Below are positions 34,206 to 44,107 of a stretch of DNA of 64,000 bases, piece after piece. The DNA is from Acidobacteriota bacterium (GTDB lineage Bacteria; Acidobacteriota; CAIWXX01): contig JBFMAF010000031.1 in assembly GCA_040755995.1 (NCBI GenBank), positions 20,375 through 84,374 on the forward strand, written 5' to 3'. How positions within the stretch are numbered: position 1 is the stretch's first letter; the number at the start of each line of letters is the position of its first letter. The notes under the pieces were generated by a model. It was not told the origin of the DNA. It did no database searches and saw only the letters and a program-made list of their open reading frames with translations. The translations under genes and the position numbers were made by a program.

Positions 34206-36098
34206 TCATCTCGTCATCCCTTCGTGCTCCATCTCATCTGACTCCGGATGAGGCGATTCGGACCCACGTACGTTGCGAGTCGTGAGCCGTATAGAGCTCA
34301 GCCGGAAGGGATGTACCCTGCCGTCGGCGTCCGCAGCATGCAGCACAAGTAGATTGGCACTCCTCCATGTCCTCCGCGGCACCCGCACCGTCCGGGGTCT
34401 CCAATCTGGGCCGATGCTGAGCGGTGGCAACGGGCTGCCGTTCAGCGTGACCCGGACAGTCTGCGGGTTCTCTGAACGGGCCTCGAAGGTCAGCTCCGAT
34501 ACGATCAGCGGCACGGGATCCAGGCCGAACACGACCCTTCCATATCCACCAGGGGCCTCCTTGCTCACACGGTTGACTCCCTCTTCGGCGCGCGACCACG
34601 TCATGGTGGCACGGTCCCCCGGCATTCGCGACACCTCAAGCACTCCCCGGCCGTTGTGCAGCACCAGTGCCGCTCCGGACTCAATAGCGTACTGATCCAT
34701 CACACTCAAGTCGTTCTCCTCGGCCCTCCACCACACCAGTGGAATGCGCAGTGCAGGCAGGGTGGAGTACTCTCGCGCGAGCAGAGGCAGATCCATTGCC
34801 ATCATCCAGGCCAGGCAGACGCAAGCTATTGCCTTGCCGTGGATCGTCGGCAGTCCATTGCGACGACTCGCGAGCGCCGCGGCGGCGAGTGGGACGACCA
34901 TGACCGCGTAGGGAATCGCGTATCTCCTCGCAATCCACATCACGAACCCTGCGGGCACGAGATTGGCGAGTATCCACACGATCGGAAGGCTCTGCTCCCA
35001 GCGACGGACGCATCCGACGCCGATTGCGGCAGCGAAAAGCAGAAACACATATACGATGTCTCCAACGACGGACATCGCCCATCGTACGATTGATGCCTCA
35101 GGCGGCCCCACTGGCGGCCACCAGATCGCTTTCAAGTTGTGATGTCGGAAGGAAAGGTAGAACCACGAGAACACGTTCGATGGATTGGCAGCAAGGCCTT
35201 GAAATCTCTCCTTCAGGATCTTCCCCAGTGGGAAATCGACCCGTGCGCGTCGAATGTCGAGATACGGCAACGAGACTTCACGTTGCTCGGGCGGCAACTG
35301 GTCCCGCACGTATCTTTCCCACTCCGGGTTAGGCCACAGCACACCATACGCTCCTATGTTGTCGACGCCGAAGAAGCGGTGATAGAGGAGACTGTTGCGA
35401 ACTACCCAGGGGACAACAGCGCCGAGAAACCCGATGGCAAAGGCGGCCGCGAGCCACAGCCGGCGTCTTCGAAAAGGGTACAGGAGCCACAGGGCCAGGA
35501 CTGGGACCGCGTACTGCGGTGCTGATCGCACGAGCGCAGCCAGGCCCATCGTGACGCCTGCCACGGTGGAGATGATACTGAGATCTCGCGCCGACGCCCA
35601 CGCGAGAAGAAGCAGCGCCAGCAGAATGAGAAATACGTAGAGGTTCTCTGTCATGATCTGCACCGGGAGGAAATACAGATCCGCCAGGAAGACTGCAAGA
35701 AATCCGGCGATACGTCCGGCTGTCTTGCCGAAAAGGAGTCCAGTGAAAGCGGCGAGCAGGAGTGGCAGAACCGATCCCATCACCGCTTGCAAGATTCGTA
35801 TCGCTGCGACAGAAGGTCCAGCGAGCATCATCCACCCACCGAGGAACGCGAAATACAGAGGTCCGCGGGACCATCCGCCATAGCTGTGCCACCTGTCATC
35901 CCAGAACGCGCCGGCCGTCCTCGCGAACTGGGCTGCCTGCGCGTAATAGCCGCCGCCGTCGTCGTCCGGATAATGCGGAGGTGCCTCCAACTCCGGGAGG
36001 AGGACGGCAAGACGGACGGCGAGCGAGAACGCGTAGAGGCAGTACCAATAGCGAGCCGATCGGACGTGACGTAGGAAGCGGTGAACCAAGCTGCGCAT
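34206..36098 (-). CDS. Polytopic membrane protein, GT-C-like, with a roughly 200-aa C-terminal beta-rich domain (start taken at MRSLVHRF)
   Basis: PDDDGGGYYAQAAQFA first loop, many TM helices, and a C-terminal domain ending ...FRLSSIRLT. Confidence 0.55.
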   Translation of the reverse strand: MRSLVHRFLRHVRSARYWYCLYAFSLAVRLAVLLPELEAPPHYPDDDGGGYYAQAAQFARTAGAFWDDRWHSYGGWSRGPLYFAFLGGWMMLAGPSVAAIRILQAVMGSVLPLLLAAFTGLLFGKTAGRIAGFLAVFLADLYFLPVQIMTENLYVFLILLALLLLAWASARDLSIISTVAGVTMGLAALVRSAPQYAVPVLALWLLYPFRRRRLWLAAAFAIGFLGAVVPWVVRNSLLYHRFFGVDNIGAYGVLWPNPEWERYVRDQLPPEQREVSLPYLDIRRARVDFPLGKILKERFQGLAANPSNVFSWFYLSFRHHNLKAIWWPPVGPPEASIVRWAMSVVGDIVYVFLLFAAAIGVGCVRRWEQSLPIVWILANLVPAGFVMWIARRYAIPYAVMVVPLAAAALASRRNGLPTIHGKAIACVCLAWMMAMDLPLLAREYSTLPALRIPLVWWRAEENDLSVMDQYAIESGAALVLHNGRGVLEVSRMPGDRATMTWSRAEEGVNRVSKEAPGGYGRVVFGLDPVPLIVSELTFEARSENPQTVRVTLNGSPLPPLSIGPDWRPRTVRVPRRTWRSANLLVLHAADADGRVHPFRLSSIRLTTRNVRGSESPHPESDEMEHEGMTR

Positions 36099-36298
36099 GC
36101 GGACGGCAGGATAACCACAGCACCGGCATGTGTCAATCAGGCCGATGCCGCGGTGCCGCGGCGCGGCTGCCGCCCCCCTGCCGCATTCATGCGTAGGATT
36201 CCCTGTCCCTGCTCTCTCTTTCTCTCCGCCGATTGACCCCGTGCGCGCTCGTGTCGTAGGATGCCGTGCCAGTTCTGAGGGAGTGTGGCAGACACAGC

Positions 36299-37648
36299 AT
36301 GGAGAACCGCAGCACAGCAAAGCGCGTCGCCGTCATCGGCGGCGGAGTCGCCGGGCTCACGGCGGCCTGGAGGCTGCTCGAACGCGGCGCGTCGGTCACC
36401 ATCTACGAGGCCGAGCCGGTGCTCGGAGGGCTTGCCAGCAGCTTCCCTCTGGGCGACGGATCTATCGAACGCTACTACCATTTCATCTGCCTGGGAGATC
36501 GGCCGTACCGGCAAGCGATGGAACAGCTGGGCATTCTCCACCGGCTCCGCTGGCGTTACACCAGCATGGGTCAATTCCACGACGGCAGAATCTACTCGTT
36601 CGGCCATCCGTGGGATGTGTTCTTCTTCAGCCCGATGAGATGGAGGGACAAGGTTCGTTTCGGCACAAGCCTGATGTCGGTCAAGCGGCAACCGTGGGCC
36701 GCGTGGCGCAAAATCGACGATCGCCGGGCAGACGAATGGCTCGTGGAGCTTTTCGGGAGCCGGACGTACGAGCTGATCTACAGGCCGCTCATCGAACGCA
36801 AGTTCGGACCATACGCGAATGGGCTGTCCGCTGCGTGGATATGGGCTCGAATCCACCGGCTGGGCAAATCGCGGACACGCTTTCTGCAGCTCGAGAAGCT
36901 GGGATACCTCGTCGGAGGCAGCCAGGCGCTCGTCGACGCGCTTGCAGCGCGTATCGCATCGCACGGCTGCACAGTCCACCTGAAGCAGCATGTGAAACGA
37001 ATTGTAACCGAGTCTGGAAGTGTTCAGGCCGTCGCAGGCGCCGATTGGAGCCAGAGCTGCGACGCCGTGCTCTCGACGATCCCAACGCCATACCTCTGTC
37101 GCCTTACCGACGGGGCCGACCGCGAACGACTCGCCTACCTCGACAACATAGCCTCAATCGGCGTGACCTGTGCCGTACTGAGGCTCACCCGCCGACTCAC
37201 CCCGTTCTTCTGGCTCAATATCAGCGACCCGCGCATCCCGTTGGTGGGCGTCATCGAATATACGAACCTGAACCGGGCCGCGTGCCCTGACGGCGACCAC
37301 ATCGTGTACATCCCGCAGTACACGCCGTCGGACAGCGAGCATTTCAGGCTCGACGATGAGTCCATCCTGCGGTCCTACACGGCTTATCTCAAGTTGATCG
37401 TCCCGCAGTTCGACCAGAGTTGGGTCCGGGGATCATGGGTTTTCCGCGACCGCTATGCCCAGCCCATCTGCACGGTCGGGTTCTCCCGCCAGGTCGCCGG
37501 GATCACGACACCGGTCAGCGGGCTCTATCTGACCGACTCACACCAGCTCTACCCGGACGACCGGACGATCAGCAACAGCATCCGCCTCGGCTGGGAGGCC
37601 GCCGATCACATCATGCCATCAACCGCCGAGGCCCGTACTAGCCCATGA
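36299..37648 (+). CDS. FAD/NAD(P)-binding oxidoreductase (amine oxidase / phytoene desaturase-like fold); start taken at MENRSTAKR
   Basis: Dinucleotide-binding motif RVAVIGGGVAGLTAAWRLLERGASVTIYEA...LGGLA. Confidence 0.8.
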   Translation: MENRSTAKRVAVIGGGVAGLTAAWRLLERGASVTIYEAEPVLGGLASSFPLGDGSIERYYHFICLGDRPYRQAMEQLGILHRLRWRYTSMGQFHDGRIYSFGHPWDVFFFSPMRWRDKVRFGTSLMSVKRQPWAAWRKIDDRRADEWLVELFGSRTYELIYRPLIERKFGPYANGLSAAWIWARIHRLGKSRTRFLQLEKLGYLVGGSQALVDALAARIASHGCTVHLKQHVKRIVTESGSVQAVAGADWSQSCDAVLSTIPTPYLCRLTDGADRERLAYLDNIASIGVTCAVLRLTRRLTPFFWLNISDPRIPLVGVIEYTNLNRAACPDGDHIVYIPQYTPSDSEHFRLDDESILRSYTAYLKLIVPQFDQSWVRGSWVFRDRYAQPICTVGFSRQVAGITTPVSGLYLTDSHQLYPDDRTISNSIRLGWEAADHIMPSTAEARTSP

Positions 37649-37707
37649 CCATCGTCACCCGGTCGGTTGTTGACCTGCCGTACCCCGTCGGCTAGACTCA
37701 CGGCCCA

Positions 37708-40362
37708 ATGCTGCGAGGGATGGCGAATGTGCCCGCTCGCCGCATACTCCTCGGATCCCTTGTTGGAATCATCTTCGGGCTCATCGCATGTCTTCTGGTG
37801 CGTTCCGATTCGGGCGAATTCGTACTCCCTCTGGATCAGGATCTCCCGCCGGGGAGCAGCGGCTTCTACGACAGCGAAGGCGGGGCTCGCTGGACTGGGC
37901 GGCGCGCTTCATTGGCTCTCCCCGGTCTCCCACGTCGACGGCAGTGGCAATGCGAGCTGCTTCTGCGAGCATACTGCCCCGACCCCGCCGCCTGCCCCAG
38001 CGTGTCGATCACGGTGGACGAGAAGTCCGTGGCCACGGGCGAGGTTGACGGCAAGGATCGCACATTCAAGCTGACGATCCCTCCGGACCCGCGGCGCGCC
38101 GGTGCAACGCTCGGCATCCAATGCTCGAAGACCTTCGTTCCCGGGCCGCACGATTCCAGGGAGCTTGGTGCAGTACTGTCCAAAGTCGTGCTGAGGAGAC
38201 TGCCTGAGCGGACCGGGCTCGGTTCCACCCCGGGTCTGGCCGCCGCACTGCTACTGGCCGCGTCGCTTGGGGCCGGGGCATGCCTCGCCATTCCTCGACT
38301 GCCGTGGGCGGTGCTCTGCGCGGCAATTCTCTCGGTCGCGGCCGCCCGGGCTGCCACCCGAGCGGGAGGTCCGTTCGAAGCACCGGCCGAAATGTCCGCC
38401 GGCCCGGCGGCATTTGCATCCCTCATGGTGCTCCTCGTCGCGGCGTCTGTGAACTGGGCCTGGGCCCGATCCGACGCCCGCGATGGCGAAACCGTGTGGA
38501 CGCTCCGAGGTCTCCTCTTGCGTCATGCCCCGGCGGTCATTTGCATGGCCGGCTGTCTGATGCTCGGGTTGCAGCTTGGAGCTCCCTACAGACTGGCCAT
38601 CGGCAGCGGCGAGGATCGCTATGTCCACGGATGGAGGGGGGACGACGAGAATGTCCTGGAGGACCACGCTCGGCGCTACTATCGATGGGCGCTGGACGGA
38701 TGCAGCCTGCGGCTGCCGCTGCGCTTCCTGCACACGGATGTGGCGCTCAGCCTGGTGGCGGCCCGCCACGCACCGGGCGAGGTCACCGTGGCCGCGAACT
38801 CGACGCGAGTGTTTCGGCAGAGCTTCGATCGGCCGGCTCCATGGCGCAACTACACGGTGATCATTCCGAACGATGTCGCCTCCCGAGGTGCGTTACACCT
38901 GAGGTTCTCGGCAACGCCACAAGACCCCGAGCTGCTGGTGCTGGCGGTTGACTCGATCCAGTTGCTCCCGGGGCGCAGCGGATTGGTGATCCCGACACTG
39001 GGTCTGCTGCTATCATTTGTCGCGGCAGCCGTGACGTTCAACCTGGCTGCCGGCAGATTCCTGGGTCTCGGGAAGGTCCTTACCGCCCAGCTGATCGTTT
39101 CGGCCGCCGTTCTCGCCGGCCTGCTGTTCTGGAAACTGCCCACCATCACGATCGTCTCGCGCTTCTGGCCTTTCCTGCTCTTTCTCTGGGCTGTCTCGTT
39201 GATTATTCCCGGCATCGTGCGTGACCGCAGCTGGGCGGCCGTTCTTTTCCTTGGGCTGGTTCTGCACGGCGTGCTCTACTTCCATCCGTATCATTACCCC
39301 GCGGATCTGCACTACCACTCCCGGTTCGCGCAGAGACTCGGCGGACTCTCGCTCGCGCAGATCTACGACGTCTCGTTGATGTATGACGTCAAGGGCGAGG
39401 GGGGACTCACGTACCCCTATTCCCCCGTGTTTCACCTGATCGCCGGCTCTATCTGCCCTGCGGGAGGGGACATCAAGTACGTCGTGAAATTCCTTATGCT
39501 GGCCGTATTCGGATTGGTGGGGGTCTGTCTAAGGCCGATATGCCGCCGCCTCGGGCTGGGCGTCATCCCCCTCGCCCTCTACCTGCTCGACCCCACGCTC
39601 ATGCGATACCTCTACCTCTGCTTCGCCCCCACCGTCTTCGGCCTGGCTCTCTTCGCATGCATTGTCTTGTTCATCGGAACTCGGCACCTGGCGGACCTCG
39701 GGCGCGCGCCTCTTCTCGGCGTGACGCTCTTGGCGGCGTTCGCGATGTGCGCCTATCCGGCCACGTTCGTGCAGCTGTCGCTGTTCCTGGGCTTGCTCGG
39801 TGCCTGGGCGGCGTTCGACCGAGACACCAGGCCGGAACTTCCGGCACTGGCGCTGATCCTCACCCTTTCTGTAGCAGTCGCAATGGTCGTCTTCTACGGG
39901 CACTACGCAGATCTCCTGCTTCGCTTCGTGCACGAGTCCCGCGACAAGACACTCGGGCACGGATCCGCCCCGTCATTCGGAGCGGCGCTCAGAACCTTTG
40001 TAGGGACGCTGGTCGCATCCAGGTCATGGCCATTCATTGCCGTTGCCGCCATGGGGGCCGTCCTCTCCCTGAAGCGTCGAGACCAGCCGCGATGGCGAGC
40101 CACCCAGCTGGTCTGGTTCGCGACATTCCTCGGCATGATCGTGCTGACGAGCGACTACCTGTTGCCGAGCGTCCGCGGGCACATCAAGGAAATGGCCTAT
40201 TTCTGCCCGCTGCTTGTCATGTGGGAGGCCGAGTGCATCGTCTGGTTCCACCGCAGGGGATACATCCTTTTCAGGATCACATCCGTGACCGCCTGCTGCA
40301 TGTTGATCGTTCTCTCGATAGCCGCCGTATACCGCCTTCTCAGCTGGTCGTTCGTGTTTTGA
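37708..40362 (+). CDS. Large (884 aa) polytopic membrane protein with two extracytoplasmic beta-rich modules; possible GT-C-like
   Basis: Two soluble inserts (about aa 30-160 and 290-410) show similar patterns (...RW..., ...LRLP..., ...L.L.F...). More than 14 TM helices. No named motif was recognised. Confidence 0.5.
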   Translation: MLRGMANVPARRILLGSLVGIIFGLIACLLVRSDSGEFVLPLDQDLPPGSSGFYDSEGGARWTGRRASLALPGLPRRRQWQCELLLRAYCPDPAACPSVSITVDEKSVATGEVDGKDRTFKLTIPPDPRRAGATLGIQCSKTFVPGPHDSRELGAVLSKVVLRRLPERTGLGSTPGLAAALLLAASLGAGACLAIPRLPWAVLCAAILSVAAARAATRAGGPFEAPAEMSAGPAAFASLMVLLVAASVNWAWARSDARDGETVWTLRGLLLRHAPAVICMAGCLMLGLQLGAPYRLAIGSGEDRYVHGWRGDDENVLEDHARRYYRWALDGCSLRLPLRFLHTDVALSLVAARHAPGEVTVAANSTRVFRQSFDRPAPWRNYTVIIPNDVASRGALHLRFSATPQDPELLVLAVDSIQLLPGRSGLVIPTLGLLLSFVAAAVTFNLAAGRFLGLGKVLTAQLIVSAAVLAGLLFWKLPTITIVSRFWPFLLFLWAVSLIIPGIVRDRSWAAVLFLGLVLHGVLYFHPYHYPADLHYHSRFAQRLGGLSLAQIYDVSLMYDVKGEGGLTYPYSPVFHLIAGSICPAGGDIKYVVKFLMLAVFGLVGVCLRPICRRLGLGVIPLALYLLDPTLMRYLYLCFAPTVFGLALFACIVLFIGTRHLADLGRAPLLGVTLLAAFAMCAYPATFVQLSLFLGLLGAWAAFDRDTRPELPALALILTLSVAVAMVVFYGHYADLLLRFVHESRDKTLGHGSAPSFGAALRTFVGTLVASRSWPFIAVAAMGAVLSLKRRDQPRWRATQLVWFATFLGMIVLTSDYLLPSVRGHIKEMAYFCPLLVMWEAECIVWFHRRGYILFRITSVTACCMLIVLSIAAVYRLLSWSFVF

Positions 40363-40518
40363 CCAGCACGAAGAGAAGAGGCCCGCGCCCGGGAGACAGC
40401 CGACCGCCTGACGGCCTCACGTCGAGGCAGGCGGCCCCGCCACCAGGCGCGCTCCTGTTCGCGCCTCATGAGAGTCAGTGACGGGGCTACCAGGTCCGGC
40501 TTCCGGCTAACCTCCCCA

Positions 40519-40842
40519 TCACCCAATCCAGCACCCTCCTCCCTCCGATCCCGGCGAAGGCCAGGTAGAACGGGAGTACAGAATAAGTACCGGGTCCAGG
40601 GCGTAGAAGAACGATGCGACTCCGGCTATGCGCGCGTCCAGGTGTTTCCGCAACGCAAGATACAGCACCAGACACGTGAGCGTATCGATGAAGGCCTGCG
40701 CCAGCAGCGCCACCCATGGCTTGGTCCCGACGATCGCGTAGAGGGTTCCCGCGAAGAGTGGGAACAGCGGCGTTCTGTAAGCGTCGAGCGGGCCGTCTCG
40801 CTCGACAGCAAACTGGCGATGGAAGACGAAGTTGATGGGCAC
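40519..40842 (-). pseudogene. Fragment (about 100 aa) of a GT-C paralog, divergent from the intact gene at 40939
   Basis: RTPLFPLFAGTLYAIVGTKPWVALLAQAFIDTLTCLVLYLALRKHL...FFYALDPVLILYS aligns by eye at roughly 40 percent identity with HSPLYPVFVAGVYLVCGYRPWTVLLVQALLDSLTAVIVYSTVRRFV...VCYAFDPIAILHS of the neighbour. It lacks the first TM and everything after about TM4. Confidence 0.45.
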
Positions 40843-40938
40843 GACTCGGAAACGACAACCAGGCCCTCCCCCAAGTCTGTTACGCCCCCGGGTAGCTCAG
40901 ATTGATTGACCGGCGAGCTGCACGCCGGTAGAATCAAC

Positions 40939-42375
40939 ATGATGAGTTGTTTGGTTTCGAGGTCTGCGAACTCAGCCACGAACGCCAGCCGAGCGCGGCT
41001 GGTCGTTTTCGGCCTGGCTCTGGCGGCGCGGGTGCTGACGTTTCTCATCGCCGCTCCCTGGGACCCGGCTGTCGAGCATGAACTGGTCCTCCACAATGAC
41101 GGGATGACCTACAATCAATTGGCTGTGTCGCTGATCGACGACCGGCGTTTCGCTACCGGGCCTGAAGATCCCCCGGATCCCTGGCACTCGCCGCTGTACC
41201 CGGTCTTCGTAGCCGGCGTGTATCTTGTCTGCGGATACCGTCCCTGGACCGTGCTGCTGGTCCAGGCCTTGCTCGATTCCTTGACAGCGGTGATCGTCTA
41301 CAGCACGGTGCGGCGATTCGTCAAGGCGCCACGTGCCGCTCTCTTCGCCGGAGTGTGCTACGCATTCGATCCCATCGCCATCCTTCACTCCATGCAGATG
41401 CTCACCGATATTCTCTACGTCGCGGTCATGGTTGGAGGCGGGTATTTGTTTGCGTCCGCCCTGGATGGCACGAATGAACGCGGCACCCATGCCCGCTTCG
41501 CCGCCGCGGGTGTTGTTCTTGGAGCCGCCGCCCTCGTGCGGCCGGTCGGGCTCTACCTGCCTGTCGCCATGATCCCGCTGATGCTCTGGCTGCACCGTAG
41601 GACGCTGCGGAGCGCCCTCGCCCCGGCCGCTCTGTTTCTCCTCTGCTTCTACTCCACCACGGCCACCTGGCAGCTCCGCAACTGGTCGCTCTATCGCGCC
41701 TACTCGCTGGCCGCAATGGGTGCCTGGGACACCATCACCATCTACACCGATCCGGTCTATACGGCGATCCACAACGTTACGGATCGGGAGGCGCAAATGA
41801 GTCTCGCTGCCGAGGCGGACAGAGAGATGAGCCGGGACGGGATCGATCCAGCCCATGCCCACGCTTTCGCCAAGGCGCCCTACTGGGAACGCGTGGCATT
41901 GCGCCTGGCCCTGGATGAGCCGTTCCTGTTCGCCAAGTTCTATCTGCGCGGCACGGTGTACTTCTTCGCCAACATGTCCAGCGGCCGGTGGGCCAATCTG
42001 ATCATGCATCGCCAGCGATCGCACGCACCACCTCCGGATGGCGTCGTTGACCGGACCCCGCACAACGGAATGTGGCAGTCGCCGTGGGTCAAGACACGGA
42101 TCGAGCTGCTCGTGGCTGCGGGGATCGGGACATGGTTCCTGCTCACCTACTCCTTCGCTCTGTATGGGCTTTGGAGAAGCCTCAGGTCAGGATTGACGCC
42201 CTTCCTGGCAATGTGCGCAACCATCGTGCTGTACTATGTCCTGATATCGGGAACTGGCGGGATGTCCCGTTTCAAGTTGCCGTCGATCCCCTTCTACTCC
42301 GCCTTCGCGGGTGTTGGAGCCGCCAGTGCCGCCATCCGGTGGTCCAGCCGACCCGATGACCGGGAACGTCTCTAG
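40939..42375 (+). CDS. GT-C fold membrane glycosyltransferase (GT39/ArnT-like); start taken at MMSCLVSR
   Basis: First-loop region NDGMTYNQLAVSLIDDRRF...PLYPVFVAG and about 11 TM segments. Same family as the fragment at 40519. Confidence 0.6.
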   Translation: MMSCLVSRSANSATNASRARLVVFGLALAARVLTFLIAAPWDPAVEHELVLHNDGMTYNQLAVSLIDDRRFATGPEDPPDPWHSPLYPVFVAGVYLVCGYRPWTVLLVQALLDSLTAVIVYSTVRRFVKAPRAALFAGVCYAFDPIAILHSMQMLTDILYVAVMVGGGYLFASALDGTNERGTHARFAAAGVVLGAAALVRPVGLYLPVAMIPLMLWLHRRTLRSALAPAALFLLCFYSTTATWQLRNWSLYRAYSLAAMGAWDTITIYTDPVYTAIHNVTDREAQMSLAAEADREMSRDGIDPAHAHAFAKAPYWERVALRLALDEPFLFAKFYLRGTVYFFANMSSGRWANLIMHRQRSHAPPPDGVVDRTPHNGMWQSPWVKTRIELLVAAGIGTWFLLTYSFALYGLWRSLRSGLTPFLAMCATIVLYYVLISGTGGMSRFKLPSIPFYSAFAGVGAASAAIRWSSRPDDRERL

Positions 42376-42444
42376 CGGTCATGTGACCGAGGCTCACACA
42401 GGCCGAAGGGAAAAGCACATGTTCGCGCCCGGTCGAGAACTTGC

Positions 42445-44064
42445 ATGAGGGACCCGAAAGAACAGGAAGCGCTGGCCAGGTTCGTCTCTGATCCGGCCGG
42501 CAACGTGTTCGTCGTGAATCCCGGCGCGCTGCCGGGAATGATCGGCGCCGTGTACGCGCGGTACAGCCGTGCGAAGGGCGGATTCCGCGAGATCCTGCTC
42601 AATGAGTTCGTGAAGGAGGGCATCCTGGATCCGAAGCGCGCCGACGAGCTGATCGAACGCGTCCTGATCCAGTTCGGCGACGACTCGGTGCAGGAGCTCG
42701 AGAGCGCCTGGCTGTCGATCGAGGAGATCTCGAATATCGCCACCAAGGCCATCGAAGACCGGCGGCTCGGGTCCTACATCGAGCAGTCATCGCGATACGT
42801 CTACTACGATCGACGCGACGATCAGGGCCGATTCCGATATCTCCGCGAGCCCACCATCATGGCGTCACCTCATGCGGCCGCATTCGAGGCGACAATGAAC
42901 TCGGCGTTCGAGACCTACTGCAGGCTGATCGCGCCAATGCAGGCGTACTTCGAGCGGCGAAAGCCGCTGGAGTCCGCCGAGTACGAAATCCGCCTCGGCC
43001 AGGGCCGGATCCGATACGATGGCTGCGGGGATGAACGGGAACGCCGCGATTTCCATCGCACATGGGTCGCCGACATCCGCACCAAGACCTGCGACACGCT
43101 CCGCATCCTCCTCCCCGTCGCCACCCTCACCAACGTGGGCATGCACGCCAACGGACGCACCTTCGAACACATGCTCCGCCACCTCTACTCCAGCGACCTC
43201 CCGGAGCTGCAGGAGATCGCCAAGCGGGCCCACACAGCGCTGAACACTATCATCCCGCGCTACGTGCAGCGCGCACAGCGTACCGACTTCCTGGTCGAAA
43301 CACGCCATGCGATGTGTGCGCTGGCAGAAAAGCTGCTTGCCGGACTCGACGCGCCCCTGCCCGCCGGCAACGGTGTCCGCCTGATCCGCAGCGGCAGCCA
43401 CGACGACGGCCAGCTGGCCGCCATGCTGTTCGCCTTCAGTGAGCTCCCCTTCGAGACGCTCCTGACCAGAGTCGAGCAGCTCTCCGGCGAAGAGCGCCAC
43501 GAGATCCTGGAGACGTACGTCGGGCGCCGTACCTGGCGCCGCGACCGGCCGGGTCGCGCACTGGAGTTCGGCTGTCCGTGGCTGTTCGAACTGGTGATCG
43601 ACTTCGGTATCTATCGCGATCTGCATCGCCATCGGATGGTCACGCAGGAGAGGCAGCTGCTGTCGACGAGGCTGGGATTCGCCGAGATCCCGCCGGAGAT
43701 CGTCGAAGCGGGATTCAGCGACGACATACAGACGCGCGTAGACGCGAGCGCGCGGATGTACGAGCGCATCCGCGCGGATCTCGGACGAGAGATCGCCCAG
43801 TACGCCGTGCTGTTCGGGTTCAACGTCCGCTGCTACTTCGGATTCAACGATCGTGAGGCGCAGCACCTGCTCGAGCTCCGAACGGGGCGGCAGGGGCATC
43901 GGAGCTACCGGCGGGTCTGCCAGGAGATGTACCGGCAGATGCTCGCCGTGGCCCCCGAGCGCGTACGTGCGATCTGCCAGTTCGTCGACCTGAACGACTA
44001 CGAGTGGCCTCGCGCCGACTCCGAGGCGTGGCAGCGCGCGATGGAGGCTGGTCTCGGGTCTTGA
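42445..44064 (+). CDS. Tandem (two-domain) ThyX/Thy1-like protein, 539 aa
   Basis: The N-domain AIEDRRLGSYIEQSSRYVYY aligns with the ThyX motif RHR.ASYNELSGRY, with RHR degenerate to DRR. The C-domain has YRDLHRHRMVTQERQLLSTR (RHR retained). Confidence 0.5.
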   Translation: MRDPKEQEALARFVSDPAGNVFVVNPGALPGMIGAVYARYSRAKGGFREILLNEFVKEGILDPKRADELIERVLIQFGDDSVQELESAWLSIEEISNIATKAIEDRRLGSYIEQSSRYVYYDRRDDQGRFRYLREPTIMASPHAAAFEATMNSAFETYCRLIAPMQAYFERRKPLESAEYEIRLGQGRIRYDGCGDERERRDFHRTWVADIRTKTCDTLRILLPVATLTNVGMHANGRTFEHMLRHLYSSDLPELQEIAKRAHTALNTIIPRYVQRAQRTDFLVETRHAMCALAEKLLAGLDAPLPAGNGVRLIRSGSHDDGQLAAMLFAFSELPFETLLTRVEQLSGEERHEILETYVGRRTWRRDRPGRALEFGCPWLFELVIDFGIYRDLHRHRMVTQERQLLSTRLGFAEIPPEIVEAGFSDDIQTRVDASARMYERIRADLGREIAQYAVLFGFNVRCYFGFNDREAQHLLELRTGRQGHRSYRRVCQEMYRQMLAVAPERVRAICQFVDLNDYEWPRADSEAWQRAMEAGLGS

Positions 44065-44107
44065 TTGCCCGCGGATCGCCGAATTCGATGAATGAATCCA
44101 ATGTGAT

